In this document: one piece after another, positions 13,601 to 27,165 of the stretch
How the letters are laid out: each line of letters begins with the position of its first letter
How positions within the stretch are numbered: the first letter of the stretch is position 1
Assembly: GCA_951406725.2 (NCBI GenBank)
Contig: OX597823.1
Span: forward strand, 76,260,001 to 76,324,000
DNA from: Octopus vulgaris
Taxonomy: Eukaryota
Reading direction: 5' to 3'
Length of the DNA: 64,000 bases
Notes under the pieces: generated by a model
The model's input: the letters and a program-made list of their open reading frames with translations, nothing else
The model's database searches: none
What the model was told of the DNA's origin: nothing
Made by a program: the position numbers and the translations under genes

Positions 13601-13688
13601 TTAAGATTGTGAAGTATATTCTTCATGTTTGTGTAACATTGCAATTGGCTTATTGCCGATGCTTACTACCAGGTGGTCATTGGAAATT
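13601..13688 (-). CDS. Candidate terminal exon of an unidentified gene (tentative)
   Basis: Pyrimidine tract tttttgtttttatttttag then open frame ..ISNDHLVVSIGNKPIAMLHKHEEYTSQS*; no homology recognised. Confidence 0.2.
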
Positions 13689-14055
13689 CTAAAAATAAAA
13701 ACAAAAAGGAATTGAAGTAACAACCAAGTTTTTCTTCTTTTTTGTTTTAATTTTCTTTTTTTTTTTTTTTTTCTCATTCGGAATAATGTGAAATAATCAA
13801 TATTTTCAGACTTATCTAACCCATGCTGTCTGATCATGAATATAGATAATAAAGTAATGCAATAAAATGCGTATGAAAATCTTTTTTTCCGACTGAAATT
13901 TCTGTTTTATTTGTGTGTGCGACTGAGTGTATCTCGGAATAAATCTGCATGACGTGTGTGTGTCTACGTTTATACATTTATACATATACACATCCAGACA
14001 AGCAAATATTGGTGCATGTACTTGTATGTGTGTGTGTGTGTGCATACATATATAT

Positions 14056-14096
<41 letters not shown>

Positions 14097-14429
14097 CTCA
14101 ACTTGTGTGTCTTTGTGTGTATCTGTGTGTGTGTCTGTGTGTTTAACTTCCTGGCACATCTCCTCCTACCCAACAAATCGTAAAACCACAAAAAATGGGT
14201 CACTTAAAGTTTAGGCGAATGAAAATTGAACTGCGCTATTTCTGTTCCGAAATTCATCTCGCAAGTGCAAAAATCGATAATGTGTTTGTTTAGGCCTTAT
14301 CCCATGCATTGAATAGTGAACTTTACTCAGTCAGCTGTTTGACATGAACTGTGTTCACCACGCGTGCAAGCATGCGTAAATTGCATGAAAAACGAATCGC
14401 CATAAACATTGTAGAAATTCGGCAAGGAT

Positions 14430-14570
14430 CGCCACCCACACCCCGCCGGAGCCTCGTGTAACTTTAGGTATGTTCGCTCAATAAACACTCACAACGCCCG
14501 GTCTGGGAATTGAAACCGCGATCCTACGAGCGTGAGTCCACTGCCCTAACCACTGGGCCATTGTACCTCC
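14430..14570 (-). mobile_element. SINE family C 5' part
   Basis: tggcccagtggttagggcag..gtttcaattcccagaccgggcg, same head as 63196. Confidence 0.8.
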
Positions 14571-14589
14571 ATATATATATATATATATA

Positions 14590-15960
14590 GTCAGAATTTA
14601 CAAAAACCAAAAGACGAAGACAGGTGTGTAAACAACAAACAGATGTATTAGTTTAATGCTCAGGAAGTGAGAAAGTCTTTTACGTTTCGAGCTTACACTC
14701 TTCAACAGAAAGGATCACAGAAATAAACAGGGAGCGAAAATAGAAAAAGCTTTAGTGGCTAGCGATCTATCATGGCGAATGCCGGACATAGGGGTCATAC
14801 AGGAGAGCTAGGAAGAAGGGGAGATAATAAAGTACTGGTGATCCAAAAACAAAGGTGCACATGCGTCTGTATGTGAGAGCTTGTATATGCATGTGGAAGG
14901 AGGCTGATGACCTTGATGTGTGCATGTGTGCATGTGTAGGTGTGTGGATGTGGTCAGTGCTAGTGTGAGTGGGGTGGTGGGATTTGGCGTGGTGTGGTAT
15001 AGTGGTGTGTGTAGTGGTGTTGCGTGGTGTGGTATAGTGGTGTGTGTTGTGGTGGTGCGTGGTGTGGTATGCTGTGATGGTTTGGGGGTGTGGGGAAGCA
15101 AGGATCTATGGGATGGGGTGGGGGTTTGAGGGAGACGGGAGGAGGAGATGAGGTCATGGATAGTGGAGGACACAGTCTGTTGGTAGCTTGGCTTGGGGCT
15201 GGAGGGCAGAGGACAATAGGAAGAGGTGTCTTGAAGTTGGCGGAGAGCTACTGCCTTGTCATACCACCACAACTCCATCATTGCCTGTCGGTTTTATGAT
15301 GACGTCCGTGCAGTGTCGGGGACATCGAATGGCCGAGGGTTCGGCTGGGAAGATGTTCAGATGTCAGGGACGCTTGGAAAAGTCAAACCGGTCCACAGCA
15401 CGCTGGCAGGTGCCCTCAAAAAGATCTACTACTTGGAACTGACCAGGAGCTAGCGTCCACTGGGATAGCCTCGACCCGAATCATTGAAGCAGTCCTCCTC
15501 GTTAGATGCAGGTGGAGTGTCGCAGTAAAGCGCACACAACCTAATGCGGCGCACAAAGCTGCGGATATCGGCAAAAGTCCGAAATTCGTTACTGGATGGT
15601 GTGAGGTGGATGAAGCGCAGACCCCTACTTAGGAGGGAGCGCTTTGCCACAGAGAAGAGAAGATCTGGAGGAATGGTAACAACGGATAGGAGAAAGGGGT
15701 GAATGAGACAGAAATAGGAGGGGTGGTGGGGCGGAAAGCTGGGAATCAGGGGTGAGGGGTATGTGGATGGGGGTCGGGAGGATTGGTGAGGGTTGGAGAG
15801 CGTATCAGGGAGGGAGAAGGGGAGGGGAGGAGTTGGAGTAGTGGCATCGGGTGTGATGGAATGGAGGAGTGAATGGAGTTTACGTTGTTTGTTGTGAGCA
15901 AAAATTTATGAAAGAGATACTTTAAATGAATTATGTAACGTAACAGTGTTTGCATGGGAG
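14590..15960 (-). mobile_element. Internally deleted Penelope-like element: decayed ORF N-terminal region plus 3' end with HHR-like motif
   Basis: RSLLSRGLRF..FVRRIRL, DVIIKPTGNDGVVVV (cf. DIVIKPADKGGAVVV), ALRQLQDTSSY; ends in a TA tract. Confidence 0.85.
14676..14713 (-). ncRNA. Minimal hammerhead-like motif (variant core)
   Basis: ctttCTGTTGAAGAGtgtaagCTCGAAACGTAaaag. Confidence 0.5.
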
Positions 15961-16699
15961 GGCGACTGAGAAGAAGGAAAATGCAAGAGGAAGTAAAAGC
16001 AAGAGGGTGGAAAACTCATGAGCTCCCTGTCCAGCACACACTCTAGCTATTCCACTGTCCTAAATCAACCCTGATTGATTCGAGATATAGTCAAATTCCA
16101 AGAATGACCATTCCGTATAACCTTTAAATGCAAGAAACAAACAATCATGTTATTCCTTGTGCCATTTTCTAACATGGCAGAATATCAGTTGAAGTAATTT
16201 CATTGCTATTTCTAGCTGGGTGAGTTACCCCATAGAAGCGTTTATGTTGGCTCATCCTGCTTTTTTTTTTTTCAGATGTGTCTTGTCTTTTGCGTATCTG
16301 AGAGAGACAGCTTTAATAAATTACTATGCAGCTATGACAGAGATAGAGGGGAAAGGAAGAGAGAGACAGACAGACAGACAGTTACAAATTAAGCGTTAGC
16401 ATGTCTATAGGTTTTTTAATTACAACTGCCTTATGACAGTTATTAATAATTTGTCTGTACATTATAAATCTGCAGGGAAAAGAGACAACAGCTGCGTCTG
16501 TTTCAGCTCATTTACAAATCTTCATCAGCATGAAGATGGCACTTTAAAGCATTGGCGAATTATCTGAGATGTGTTTCATTGTTATAACTTTACCATAGAA
16601 CATATCTACATATTTAGTTAGCCAACATATTGTATAACGAAGGTTGTATAGCAGATTCGAAACAGAATCAACAGACTGCCAACAGTTTTGTTGTAATTA

Positions 16700-16919
16700 C
16701 TCTCTTTTTACTCTTTTACTTCTTTCAGTCATTTGACTGCGGCCATGCTGGAGCACCGCCTTTTTAATCGAACAACTCGACCCCAGGACTTATTCTTTTG
16801 CAAGCCCAGTACTTATTCTATCGGTCTCTTTTGCCGAACCGCTAAGTAACGGGGACATAAACACACCAGCATCGGTTGTCAAGCAATGCTCGGGGGACAA
16901 ACACAGACACACAAACACA

Positions 16920-16971
<52 letters not shown>

Positions 16972-17136
16972 TACGACGGGCTTCTTTCAGTTTCCGTCTA
17001 CCAAATCCACTCACAAGGCTTTGGTCGGCCCGAGGCTATAGTTGAAGACACTCACCCAAGGTGCCACGCAGTGAGACTGAACCCGAAATCATGTGGTTGG
17101 TAAACAAGCTACTTACCACACAGCCACTCCTGCGCC
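16700..17136 (-). mobile_element. SINE family B, full length
   Basis: Head ggcgcaggagtggctgtgtgg, internal TA tract, (aaagagta) tail. Confidence 0.9.
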
Positions 17137-17194
17137 TAAAGTACAAAATATGCAGATTAGTCAGTCCAGTTTACTTTATATCCTATTGGTTTCA

Positions 17195-18066
17195 AATTCA
17201 ATGCAGCGATCTAGCAGAAAATTTAGCACGCCAAGTAAAATGCTGAGCGATAATTCATCTGTCTTTACATTTTGAGTTCAAACCCCACCGAGGTCGACTT
17301 CACCTTTTATCCTTTCGGGGGTCGATAAATTACTGCGTACTGGGGTCGATCTAATCGACTAGCCTCCTCCCCCAAAATTTTGGGGTTTGTGCGTAGAGTA
17401 GAAAATAATATTGGTTTCAAATTTTGAGACAAGGCCAGAACTTTCGGGGAAGAGGTTAAGTCGATTATATTGACCCAACCCCCCAGTGTTCCAGTGTTCA
17501 ACTGATATTTATTTTATTGACCCTGAAAGCGATGAGAGGCAAAGTCGACTCCGGTGGAATTTGAACACAGAATATGAAGTCGGAAGAAATGCTGCTAAGC
17601 TATTTTTCCCGGCGTCTTACTTCAGTAACTGATATTATTGGATTTAAAAAAGCAGCGAGCTGGCAGAAACGTTAGCACGGCGGGCAAAATGTTTAGTGGT
17701 ATTTCGTCTATCTTTATGTTCTGAGTTCAAATTCCCTCGGGGTCGAATTTGCCTTTCATCATTTGGGGTCGATAAACTAAGTACCAGTTGCGTACGAGGT
17801 CGACCTGATCGACTGTATCCATCTCCAGAAATGTCGGGCATTGTACCTAGTGTATAAAAGAATATTATTGGATTAACAAGACAGGGAGCTAGCAGTAACA
17901 GCGTTTGGTCCGTCCTTACATTTTGAGTTCAAATTCCACCGTGTTCGACTTTGCCTTTCATTCCTTCGGGATCGATAACATGAGTACCATTTCAACTCTG
18001 GGCTCGATGTAATCGACTTATCCCTCCCCAGAAATTACTGGCCTTGTACCAAACTTTGAAATCAAT
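17195..18066. mobile_element. Cluster of four family A SINEs (+,-,+,+)
   Basis: TSDs tattggtttcaaatt (17184/17409) and atattattggatt (17632/17862). Confidence 0.85.
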
Positions 18067-19884
18067 ATCGTAATACACAGATGAGGATGGCTATGGCTCC
18101 ACAAATAGTTGAGATGTATGTATAGTTAATTCTTCCCCACCTTTGCTATTCGCATGCATTACTGACGAATTGTTTACAAATGTAACTGTTTATTTGTGTC
18201 ACACAGAAGAGTGAGCATTACTCACTATATGTTGAAGTATAGTGTATGGTTCGTTTAAGCCGAATGTTTATCTCCGGACGTGATCACAGCTGCATGAAAC
18301 CTGGTAAGCAAGATAAACATTTATGCTGTGTACGTTTATAAGATAAAATGAAAGATGGGCTGGCGGTAGCTAATGGCATCAAAGCATTTATAAATTAATT
18401 ATACAGAAGTGAATATAAATATGATTAAGCAGAAAAACAGGCAAGTGAAAGTTCATAGAAGTTTTTCATAGACATGTAGATAACCGGAAGGTTTTTTACT
18501 GTAACAGCACAGATAAAATAGAGAATACAGATAATTCTTCGTAGATGTTCTTCTTAGATAGGTAGATTTCAAGAAAGTTCATACTCTAATGTCGCAGATA
18601 AGAGAGAAGAGCATTCGGGCAATCATTTAGAGCTGGTTTGGTAGAGTCAGTAAGTGCAGTAGTGTGCATGGTGTGTACATAACAGCGGCTCGTAGTTAAA
18701 ATTAGTTGGGATGCTGCTTCAGAAATGTTTTAGCCGTCGTTTTACTATTGTGTAAAAGGAAACAAACATATAAAAAGAAAATTTATACATAAACTTCATC
18801 GGTTCGCGTTTTAACCACTGCCGGGTAGTGTGTATAATTTGTTCACTGAACACCGCCGCGAATTCCCCCTTGTTTTTCAAAATTCCCCCCTAAATTACAA
18901 AATAAGGTGGGGACGTTCCCTAGTTTCAAATCCTGGCAGCAACACTGAAGCTGGAAGCAGGATAATAATCTAATTCTACACTATATCACATTCAAGTAAA
19001 TGAACACGTTCTTAAGCACAACACACGCGGAGACAAAAAGAAACACTACCTTTCACTCGGCACTGTCATTCACGCAGTGCTCTCTCTTCCTAGTGTGACG
19101 CTTCCTATCTTGGACATGTTAGCATGCGCACAACAATCAAACAACACGTCGCTGGAACTGTGAAGTGCACAGTTCTATACAAGAATTGTTTGTATTTTTT
19201 TCATAAACTAGGGGATGGCTACTGACATTAAGCTTAAGGATTATATAATATACAAGTATAAAGAAAGATTTAAAGAAAAACGGACTCATTATATCGAATG
19301 TTATCAATAATATTGAGTGGAAATAGGGGGTGCTGCAGTTCCGTAGTTCTTATACACAAGCCGCCACTGGTACATATATACAATGTAAATTGGTGTGAGC
19401 GAATGTGTATGGAATAATACAAATATTAATTATACAATCATCATCAGCAGGGAATAAAATTTTAGCGGCTGAAGGTACTCGCTGTTTGCAATATACCGTA
19501 AAGGGAAATTATAGTCGTCAGCTAAACTTGGCTAAGGGTATATATAGTATGGAGGAAGTCTGATAAAGTCAAATATCAAAGAGAAATAAAAGCAATTAGA
19601 AGAAAAGATAAGAAAGGCCGACAAATGTCTTGCAAGTGCGAGTCTTCTTGAATCTCTAGCTGCCAAATTGATGAAAATCATTCGAGTGTGTAAAGGCTTG
19701 ACAGACTCAGTAGAGCATTAAAGAAAGAATGCAAATACAGACGGGAGCCAAGGCGATCAAGTTTGTGTTGGGCAAAGTAATGACTAGATACGCATTATTA
19801 TATAACAAATTAACAATCATACAGCCATATAAGTAATAATTTAAATAATGCCTAAAGGACAGTTGTTTCATCCTTTAGGAGGAA

Positions 19885-20192
19885 CAGTTGTTTGTTCCTT
19901 CTCGACCCGCGCCTGGCACATAAGGGCAGGTTTCCCGGTTTCCTTGGCGTATAGGTTCCCCACCCAGATGGGACGCCGCTCCGTCGCAGGTGAGCTGCAA
20001 GGTGTGGGAGGAAAGATTGAGAGAAAGTTGTGGCGAAAGAGTCAGCAGAAGTTCGCCATTACCTTCTGTCGGAGCCGCGTGGAGCTAAGTTGTTTCACTC
20101 ATAAACACAAGCATCGCCCGGTTTGAGATTCGAAACCCACGATACCTCGACAGCGTGTCCGCTGCTCTAACCACTAGGCCATATGCCTCCAC
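19885..20192 (-). mobile_element. SINE family C, full length
   Basis: Reverse-complement homolog of 6675-6978. Confidence 0.88.
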
Positions 20193-20782
20193 CCTGAATG
20201 ACAGACGTCGAGTTAAAAAACCCGATATCAAACAATACAAAAGACAAACTCGAAGAATTAGAATGGGTTCGTTAAAGCAGGTACGAAAGAGTTAGAAGTA
20301 CGTAACCAAAGCAAGTGAAACGGCGATCTACAGTAAAAAAATATATAGTTACTATTTAAAATGAGATTATAAACAGAAAAGAAAAAGCAACCTTAGAAAA
20401 CCTGATAAAAACCCTTTGAATGGTTATTGCTTCATGTATAAGGCAGCATATGAATGCCTCGTACATGATAGACAACAGGATTCAACAAGACTTGATGTAG
20501 CTGTGATGTAATCTTTTGAAAGGATTAATGGTGCATCGTTGTTTTGATACTATAGTGTACTATAGAAAATACTATCAGTCTGACGTTGAACACACTTATC
20601 TTTTATATACGTCAATCATACCACATATGCTATGTACATACAAGGACACACAAAACACGAACACATCTTTAAGAAAATTTAAATTTGAATCTATATAATT
20701 GTGTGCATACATACATACATACATACATAAATATATATATATATATATATACATAAGTACTAGTACATATATACACACCTGC

Positions 20783-20815
<33 letters not shown>

Positions 20816-20917
20816 TTCATGTATATATATATATATACATGTATACATATATTCATGTTTATATATATATATAAACACATACACCTACCTACAGATATAT
20901 ATATACATATATATGTA

Positions 20918-20961
<44 letters not shown>

Positions 20962-21334
20962 GTTATAAAATGAGATAGGGGTTGAAAATTCAACCCACCA
21001 TGGGATAATATATATCCAATATACTGCTAGATAGGTACCCAACAAAAATTAATACATAGATGTTAGAAATTGTCAAGCAATCAGTTCATCTATTGTATTA
21101 AATGGGTAAGGGTAATAATATTACCGTAAATTAATACTACAAAATTAGAGAATGGAGAAACATACTTAAATCAATAAAACATCAACTATCCGATGATACT
21201 CAATCCATACTTTAATACACCATTACATAGGAGTAAAGGCAATATATAAAATGAAATGAGATATACAGTAATAGTAAAAGTAAAAGATAAAGAGATATAA
21301 GTAAAAAATTACAAATACAATATGCAAATAAATC

Positions 21335-21450
21335 AAAACTGACAGCTGTTTCGGCAGTGAGGACAGTCATACCTCATTTAACCTATAAGCCATAAAGGCA
21401 GGTATAAATGAGGCATTAACAAAGATGCCCCACGGCCTCTTCAGAGAATT
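21335..21450 (-). ncRNA. Type I hammerhead ribozyme motif with long stem II
   Basis: Mirror image of 22351-22466. Confidence 0.7.
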
Positions 21451-22350
21451 AAATTAAATTTGTTATAATAGTGAAAAATATTATATAATCATATACATAT
21501 AAATATAAAAATATAAAAAAGTAAAATATAAAAACTTATACATCATAATGCTACACTTGTATAATATAATACATATTTGTACAAAAAGGAAGGTAACCAG
21601 AACAAAATAAAACAAAATATATAACAGTGTATATATAATATTAATAAGTACCGATATCATACATATTTAGCTAATAGTTTTTTTTATAAAAAAGGGGCTA
21701 ACACATATGGAGATGAAAAATAATAATAATTAAATCCGTGGTACAGTTCATAAAATTCTAAAGCTATAAAAGTTAATAAAAATTACTATTAATAATAATA
21801 ATAATAATAATAATAAAAATAGTAATAATAATAAAAAATAATAAAAATAGATACAGTTAAGTTATCACCAAGTCCATCCTTCCAAGATCGAAATAACTAT
21901 AGTTATTTCGATCTTGGAAGGATGGACTTGGTGATAACTTAACTGTATCTATTTTTATTATTTTTTATTATTATTACTATTTTTATTATTATTATTATTA
22001 TTATTATTAATAGTAATTTTTATTAACTTTTATAGCTTTAGAATTTTATGAACTGTACCACGGATTTAATTATTATTATTTTTCATCTCCATATGTGTTA
22101 GCCCCTTTTTTTTTATAAAAAAAACTATTAGCTAAATATGTATGATATCGGTACTTATTAATATTATATATACACTGTTATATATTTTGTTTTATTTTGT
22201 TCTGGTTACCTTCCTTTTTGTACAAATATGTATTATATTATACAAGTGTAGCATTATGATGTATAAGTTTTTATATTTTACTTTTTATATTTTTATATTT
22301 ATATGTATATGATTATATAATATTTTTCACTATTATAACAAATTTAATTT

Positions 22351-22466
22351 AATTCTCTGAAGAGGCCGTGGGGCATCTTTGTTAATGCCTCATTTATACC
22401 TGCCTTTATGGCTTATAGGTTAAATGAGGTATGACTGTCCTCACTGCCGAAACAGCTGTCAGTTTT
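22351..22466 (+). ncRNA. Type I hammerhead ribozyme motif with long stem II
   Basis: CTGAAGA-GGC..(extended hairpin)..GCC-GAAA-CAGCTG-TC; predicted cleavage after 22460; stem I weak. Confidence 0.7.
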
Positions 22467-22754
22467 GATTTATTTGCATATTGTATTTGTAATTTTTTAC
22501 TTATATCTCTTTATCTTTTTACTTTTACTATTACTGTATATCTCATTTCATTTTATATATTGCCTTTACTCCTATGTAATGGTGTATTAAAGTATGGATT
22601 GAGTATCATCGGATAGTTGATGTTTTATTGATTTAAGTATGTTTCTCCATTCTCTAATTTTGTAGTATATATATATATATATATATACATACATACATAC
22701 ATATGCATATATACTTATATATATATATATATATAAACACATACACTTACCTAC

Positions 22755-22791
<37 letters not shown>

Positions 22792-23164
22792 TATATGTAC
22801 ATGTATATATATATATATATATACATATATGCACACACGCATGCACACATGCGTACACGCATATACACACACACACACACACACACACATTACATTGTAT
22901 AAGAGCCATTTTAGTCATCTAATAACACACCAACAACTATTAAATTTTTGCTTTTCTTATTTCTTGAGATTTTAAAATTTTCTATACACCGCTGCATATA
23001 ATTGCGCGTGTGCGTCAATATATATATGCCTACGTACACATTTCTATATATATATATATTACCGAAATTGGAAACAAATTTATCGAGTTCTTTATTTCTT
23101 CGAGATAGCAATGGCAAGCATATCTTTGTTGCTCTTTGCAGTGTGCATCTTTGTATGCGCTTAT

Positions 23165-23330
23165 GCGTGTATGTATGTATGTATGTATGTATGTATGTAT
23201 GTATGTATGTATGTATGTGTGTGTGAGAGAGAGAGAAAGAGGGTGTATGTATGTGTGTACTTGTGTATGTGTGTGTGTGTGTGCATTTACGTATTTAAAA
23301 AAGTGAGAGAAAGTGTCGAGGAGACTGGTG

Positions 23331-23361
<31 letters not shown>

Positions 23362-23524
23362 CATTCATACATACATATATATATACATACATATACATAT
23401 ATATATACATACATATATATACATATATATATACATACATATATATACATATGTATATACATACATATATATATACATATATATATACATACATATATAT
23501 ACATATATATACATATATATATAC

Positions 23525-23567
<43 letters not shown>

Positions 23568-23580
23568 CATACATACATTT

Positions 23581-23626
<46 letters not shown>

Positions 23627-23696
23627 TTTTCATACATATACATACATATATGTATATGTATGTATATATATACACACATATATATGTGTGTATGTA

Positions 23697-23738
<42 letters not shown>

Positions 23739-24339
23739 CGTACACATACGTACATATATATATGCGTGCGTGCAGGTATACATATGTGTGTGTATACATA
23801 TACATAAACACGCACGTATTTATACATACATACATAAACACATACAATCGTACTTACAGATGTACGTACATGCAAACATCTATACATTACACAGATTCAC
23901 TCTCACACAGATACAAACACATGCACAAACACAAATCACACGCACACACGTACATACACAGACGCACACGCACACTTACATACACAGTCGCACACACATA
24001 CACCCACATATATAAATACATACATGCATACATACATACATACATACATATATACATACATACATACATATATACATACATACATACACACATGCATACA
24101 TACATATATACATACATACATACTTACATACATACATTCATACATACATACATACATACATAAATACATACATACTTACATACATACATATATACATACA
24201 TACATACATTCATACATACATACTTACATACATACATACATACTTACATACATACTTACGTACATACATACATACTTACATACATACTTACATACATACA
24301 TACATACATACTTGCATACATACATACATACATACATAC

Positions 24340-24370
<31 letters not shown>

Positions 24371-24600
24371 CTTACATACATACATACATACATTACATAC
24401 ATACATACATACATACATACTTACATACATACTTACATACATACATGCATTCATACATACATACATGCATTCATACATACATACATACATACATACATAC
24501 ACACACATACATACATACATACATACATACATACATACATACATACATACATACATACATACATACATACATACATACATACACACATACATATATACAT
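23165..24600. repeat. Compound TATG/TA/CA/TACA microsatellite field
   Basis: Directly visible. Confidence 0.95.
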
Positions 24601-25074
24601 ACAAGAATCAGAGAGAAAAAGCATCAAATGCAGTCTTTCACTTTCATATTTTCGTAATTAGATTTTGTATCCATTTATAAAAGTAAAAGTTTTCCATTCC
24701 ATTATGTTATATATGCTCATGAAAAACTAAACAACAACAACGACTGATAATGTTGATGGCAGTCGAGAGCAAATAATACTGTTCTTAATTGTATATGACA
24801 TTCAATGTTTTTTTGTTGACATGAAGGAAATGTACCGTAAACAGCTCTGCTATCATCACCACATCTCACACTGTTCTTACTCGGTATTTATGCTGTTCAC
24901 TTTGTAGTGCTTCAAAGTCTTCCAGATTCACGCGCAAGCACCAAAACCAAACACTGTAGGAGTCTGTAGAGGAAGCTTCCATATCAATGGCTTTCGAAAT
25001 CTGTTTAACTCAAGACCACCGCTCTTTCTTCAGAAAGAAAACGTCTTATCTATAAACGCTTTATCTTTAAATCT

Positions 25075-25737
25075 TTAAATCTTTTGTTTCGGTCATTTGA
25101 TTACGGCCATGCTGGAGCACCACATTAAAGAAGTTTTTTTTTTTAATCGAAGAAATCATTCCCCAGGACTTATTCTTTGTAAGCCTGTTACTTATTTTAC
25201 CGAACTTTTTGCCGAACCGCTCGGTTACGGGGACATAAACACAGCAACATCGGTTGTCAGGCGATGGCGGTGGGACAAACACAGACACACACACGAATAT
25301 ATATACTCTATTACTCTTTTACTAATTTCATTCATTTGACTGTGGCCATGCTGGAGCACCGCCTTTAGTCGAGCAAATCGACCCTAGGACTTATTCTTTA
25401 TAAGTCTTGTACTTATTCTATCGGTCTCTTTGGCCGAACTACTAAGTGACGGGGACGTAAACACACCAGCATCGGTTGTCAAGCGATGTTGAGGGACAAA
25501 CACAGGCACACAAACACAGAAACACACACATACACACACACACACACACACATATATACATATATATATACATACAACAGGCTTCTTTCAGTTTCCGTCT
25601 ACCAAATCCACTCACAAGGCTTTGGTCGGCCCGAGCTTATAGTAGAAGACACTTGCCCAAGGTGCCACGCAGTGGGACTGAACCCGGAACTATGTGGTTC
25701 GTAAGCAAGCTACTTACCACACAGCCACTCCTACGCC
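25075..25737 (-). mobile_element. Family B SINE full copy plus an extra 3' half
   Basis: Two gctggagcacc..ggacttattc..ggggac segments. Confidence 0.88.
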
Positions 25738-25739
25738 TC

Positions 25740-26060
25740 TGTGGATGGTTTGTCTGGAATTTGTTGGGGATATTCATCCTGGAGCCGTTTGGATGTTATG
25801 ATATCTTTATCTTCTTTTACGTAGAGAACAAAGAGAATAGTCCTGTTTTAGTGTTGTGACACGAGTGTGATTTCTGTAGAGGATGGATGACGCGGGAACC
25901 AAGCTTTGGGTGAATTATAAAGCTGCTACCAACATCATTTGGGCAAAGGTTGTGGGAATATTTTGCATATCATACAAATGATGTAGTGCTTGCTGCCGCA
26001 TTGGAGAGAATAAAGTTTGAGTTTCTCGAGTCAATTTGTAAACTTGTCATGTCATCTAGT
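25740..26060 (-). mobile_element. Decayed CR1-group LINE 3' fragment
   Basis: LEKLKLYSLQCGSKHYIICMICKIF resembles LKLYSLERRRERY..WKI; QQIPDKP near the end. Confidence 0.7.
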
Positions 26061-26209
26061 TTTTATTTTTTTTTCTTTCTTATGATTGATCCCTGGGATA
26101 CTTCATCTTTTATATTTTGTTTCGTGTAGGGAGAACGCACGGGAGAACAGCATTCAAGGTGATGACAAACGAAAATGGAGAAGAGAAAGATAATGGGAGG
26201 AGTGTCTCA

Positions 26210-26390
26210 TCTCTTATATAAAATCCGTTCTGTCTGTCTGTCTGTGTGTGTGTGTCTTCTCGGATCTCGGGCATCTTCCATCCGATTGTGCTCAAATTTG
26301 ATAAGTAGATACCGACTGTATCAGGGCGTATGTAAATCTTGAAAAAATTACAAAAGTCGATTCCAGGTGAGAATGCGATCGATAAAGCAG
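26210..26390 (+). mobile_element. Non-autonomous Helitron 5' end
   Basis: A|TCtcttatataaaa followed by (ctgt)n/(gt)n and ccgattgtgctcaaattt; no 3' end seen. Confidence 0.55.
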
Positions 26391-26947
26391 TTTTTGTCCC
26401 GTTTTTCTTCCGTCAACCTGTAAATAACTGCACCTTCCATTTTTTTGTTGATTTTGTACTGCTTAAAGGCACGTTTCTTTCTTGCCAGGCTTACTGTTTA
26501 AACCATGTTTGTGTTCTCTGAGTCAACAGTTTTATCATTACTGGTACTTTAAACTCTTCGGTTGCATATTTGTGTGAATAATATCGGTTTTCTTTGGAAT
26601 AGAAAAAAGTCTATCTTAATTTCTTCATTTGCTGGTGTCTCAAATTTAGGTTAAATCAGTGTTTCTCAAATGGGAGGCCTATGGGACGGTAGGACAAGTT
26701 GTTTTAAGAAAATTTGGTTTAAATGTTTGACAACCCAACACCGTCCATTGGATGGGGGGGGGGCGTTTTGCTCGTATATACATAAATTCTGTTTGTATTT
26801 TGTATATTTTGAAAATATTCTCTCCCCAGTAACTGTCGATATGACCATAACCAAGAGACTTAACTTTAAACAGCTCCTTTTACTGAGAATAGTAAGTGAG
26901 ACGTATATTTCACCCCTGTTCACAGTAGAAGCACAAAAAATGCTTCA

Positions 26948-27165
26948 AGACGGCGAGCTGGCAGAAAGGTTAGCACGCCGGGCGAAATGCTTAGCAGTAT
27001 TTCGTCTGCCGTTATGTTCTGAGTTCAAATTCCGCCGAGGTCGACTTTGCCTTTCCTCCTTTCGGGCTCGATTAAAGAAGTACCAGTTACGCACTGGCGT
27101 CGATATAATCGACTTAATCCCTTTGTCTGTCCTTGTTTGTCCCTTGTGGGTAGTAAAGAAATAAG
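26948..27165 (+). mobile_element. SINE family A
   Basis: Full head and core; approximate TSD agaagcacaaaaaatgct/agaagcgcaaaatatgct. Confidence 0.9.

Larger units (their letters stand above)
20955..22668. mobile_element. Non-coding PLE/retrozyme-like element forming a spacer-less palindrome (arms 21134-21899 and 21900-22668) inside TA microsatellite
   Basis: Centre gatcgaaataacta|tagttatttcgatc; the arm differences I found were homopolymer lengths; an HHR in each arm. Confidence 0.85.

Noticed and set aside
18240-20520. Possible decayed LINE pieces and DNA-transposon TIR-like ends (cagtgttgc, cagtggcgg)
   Set aside because: No matching partner ends or TSDs; motifs too weak.
23030-24680. Long ORFs rich in YI/HT/CV/MYVC (also at 37-42 kb, 50 kb, 59 kb, 61 kb)
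   Set aside because: Translations of di-, tri- and tetranucleotide microsatellites.
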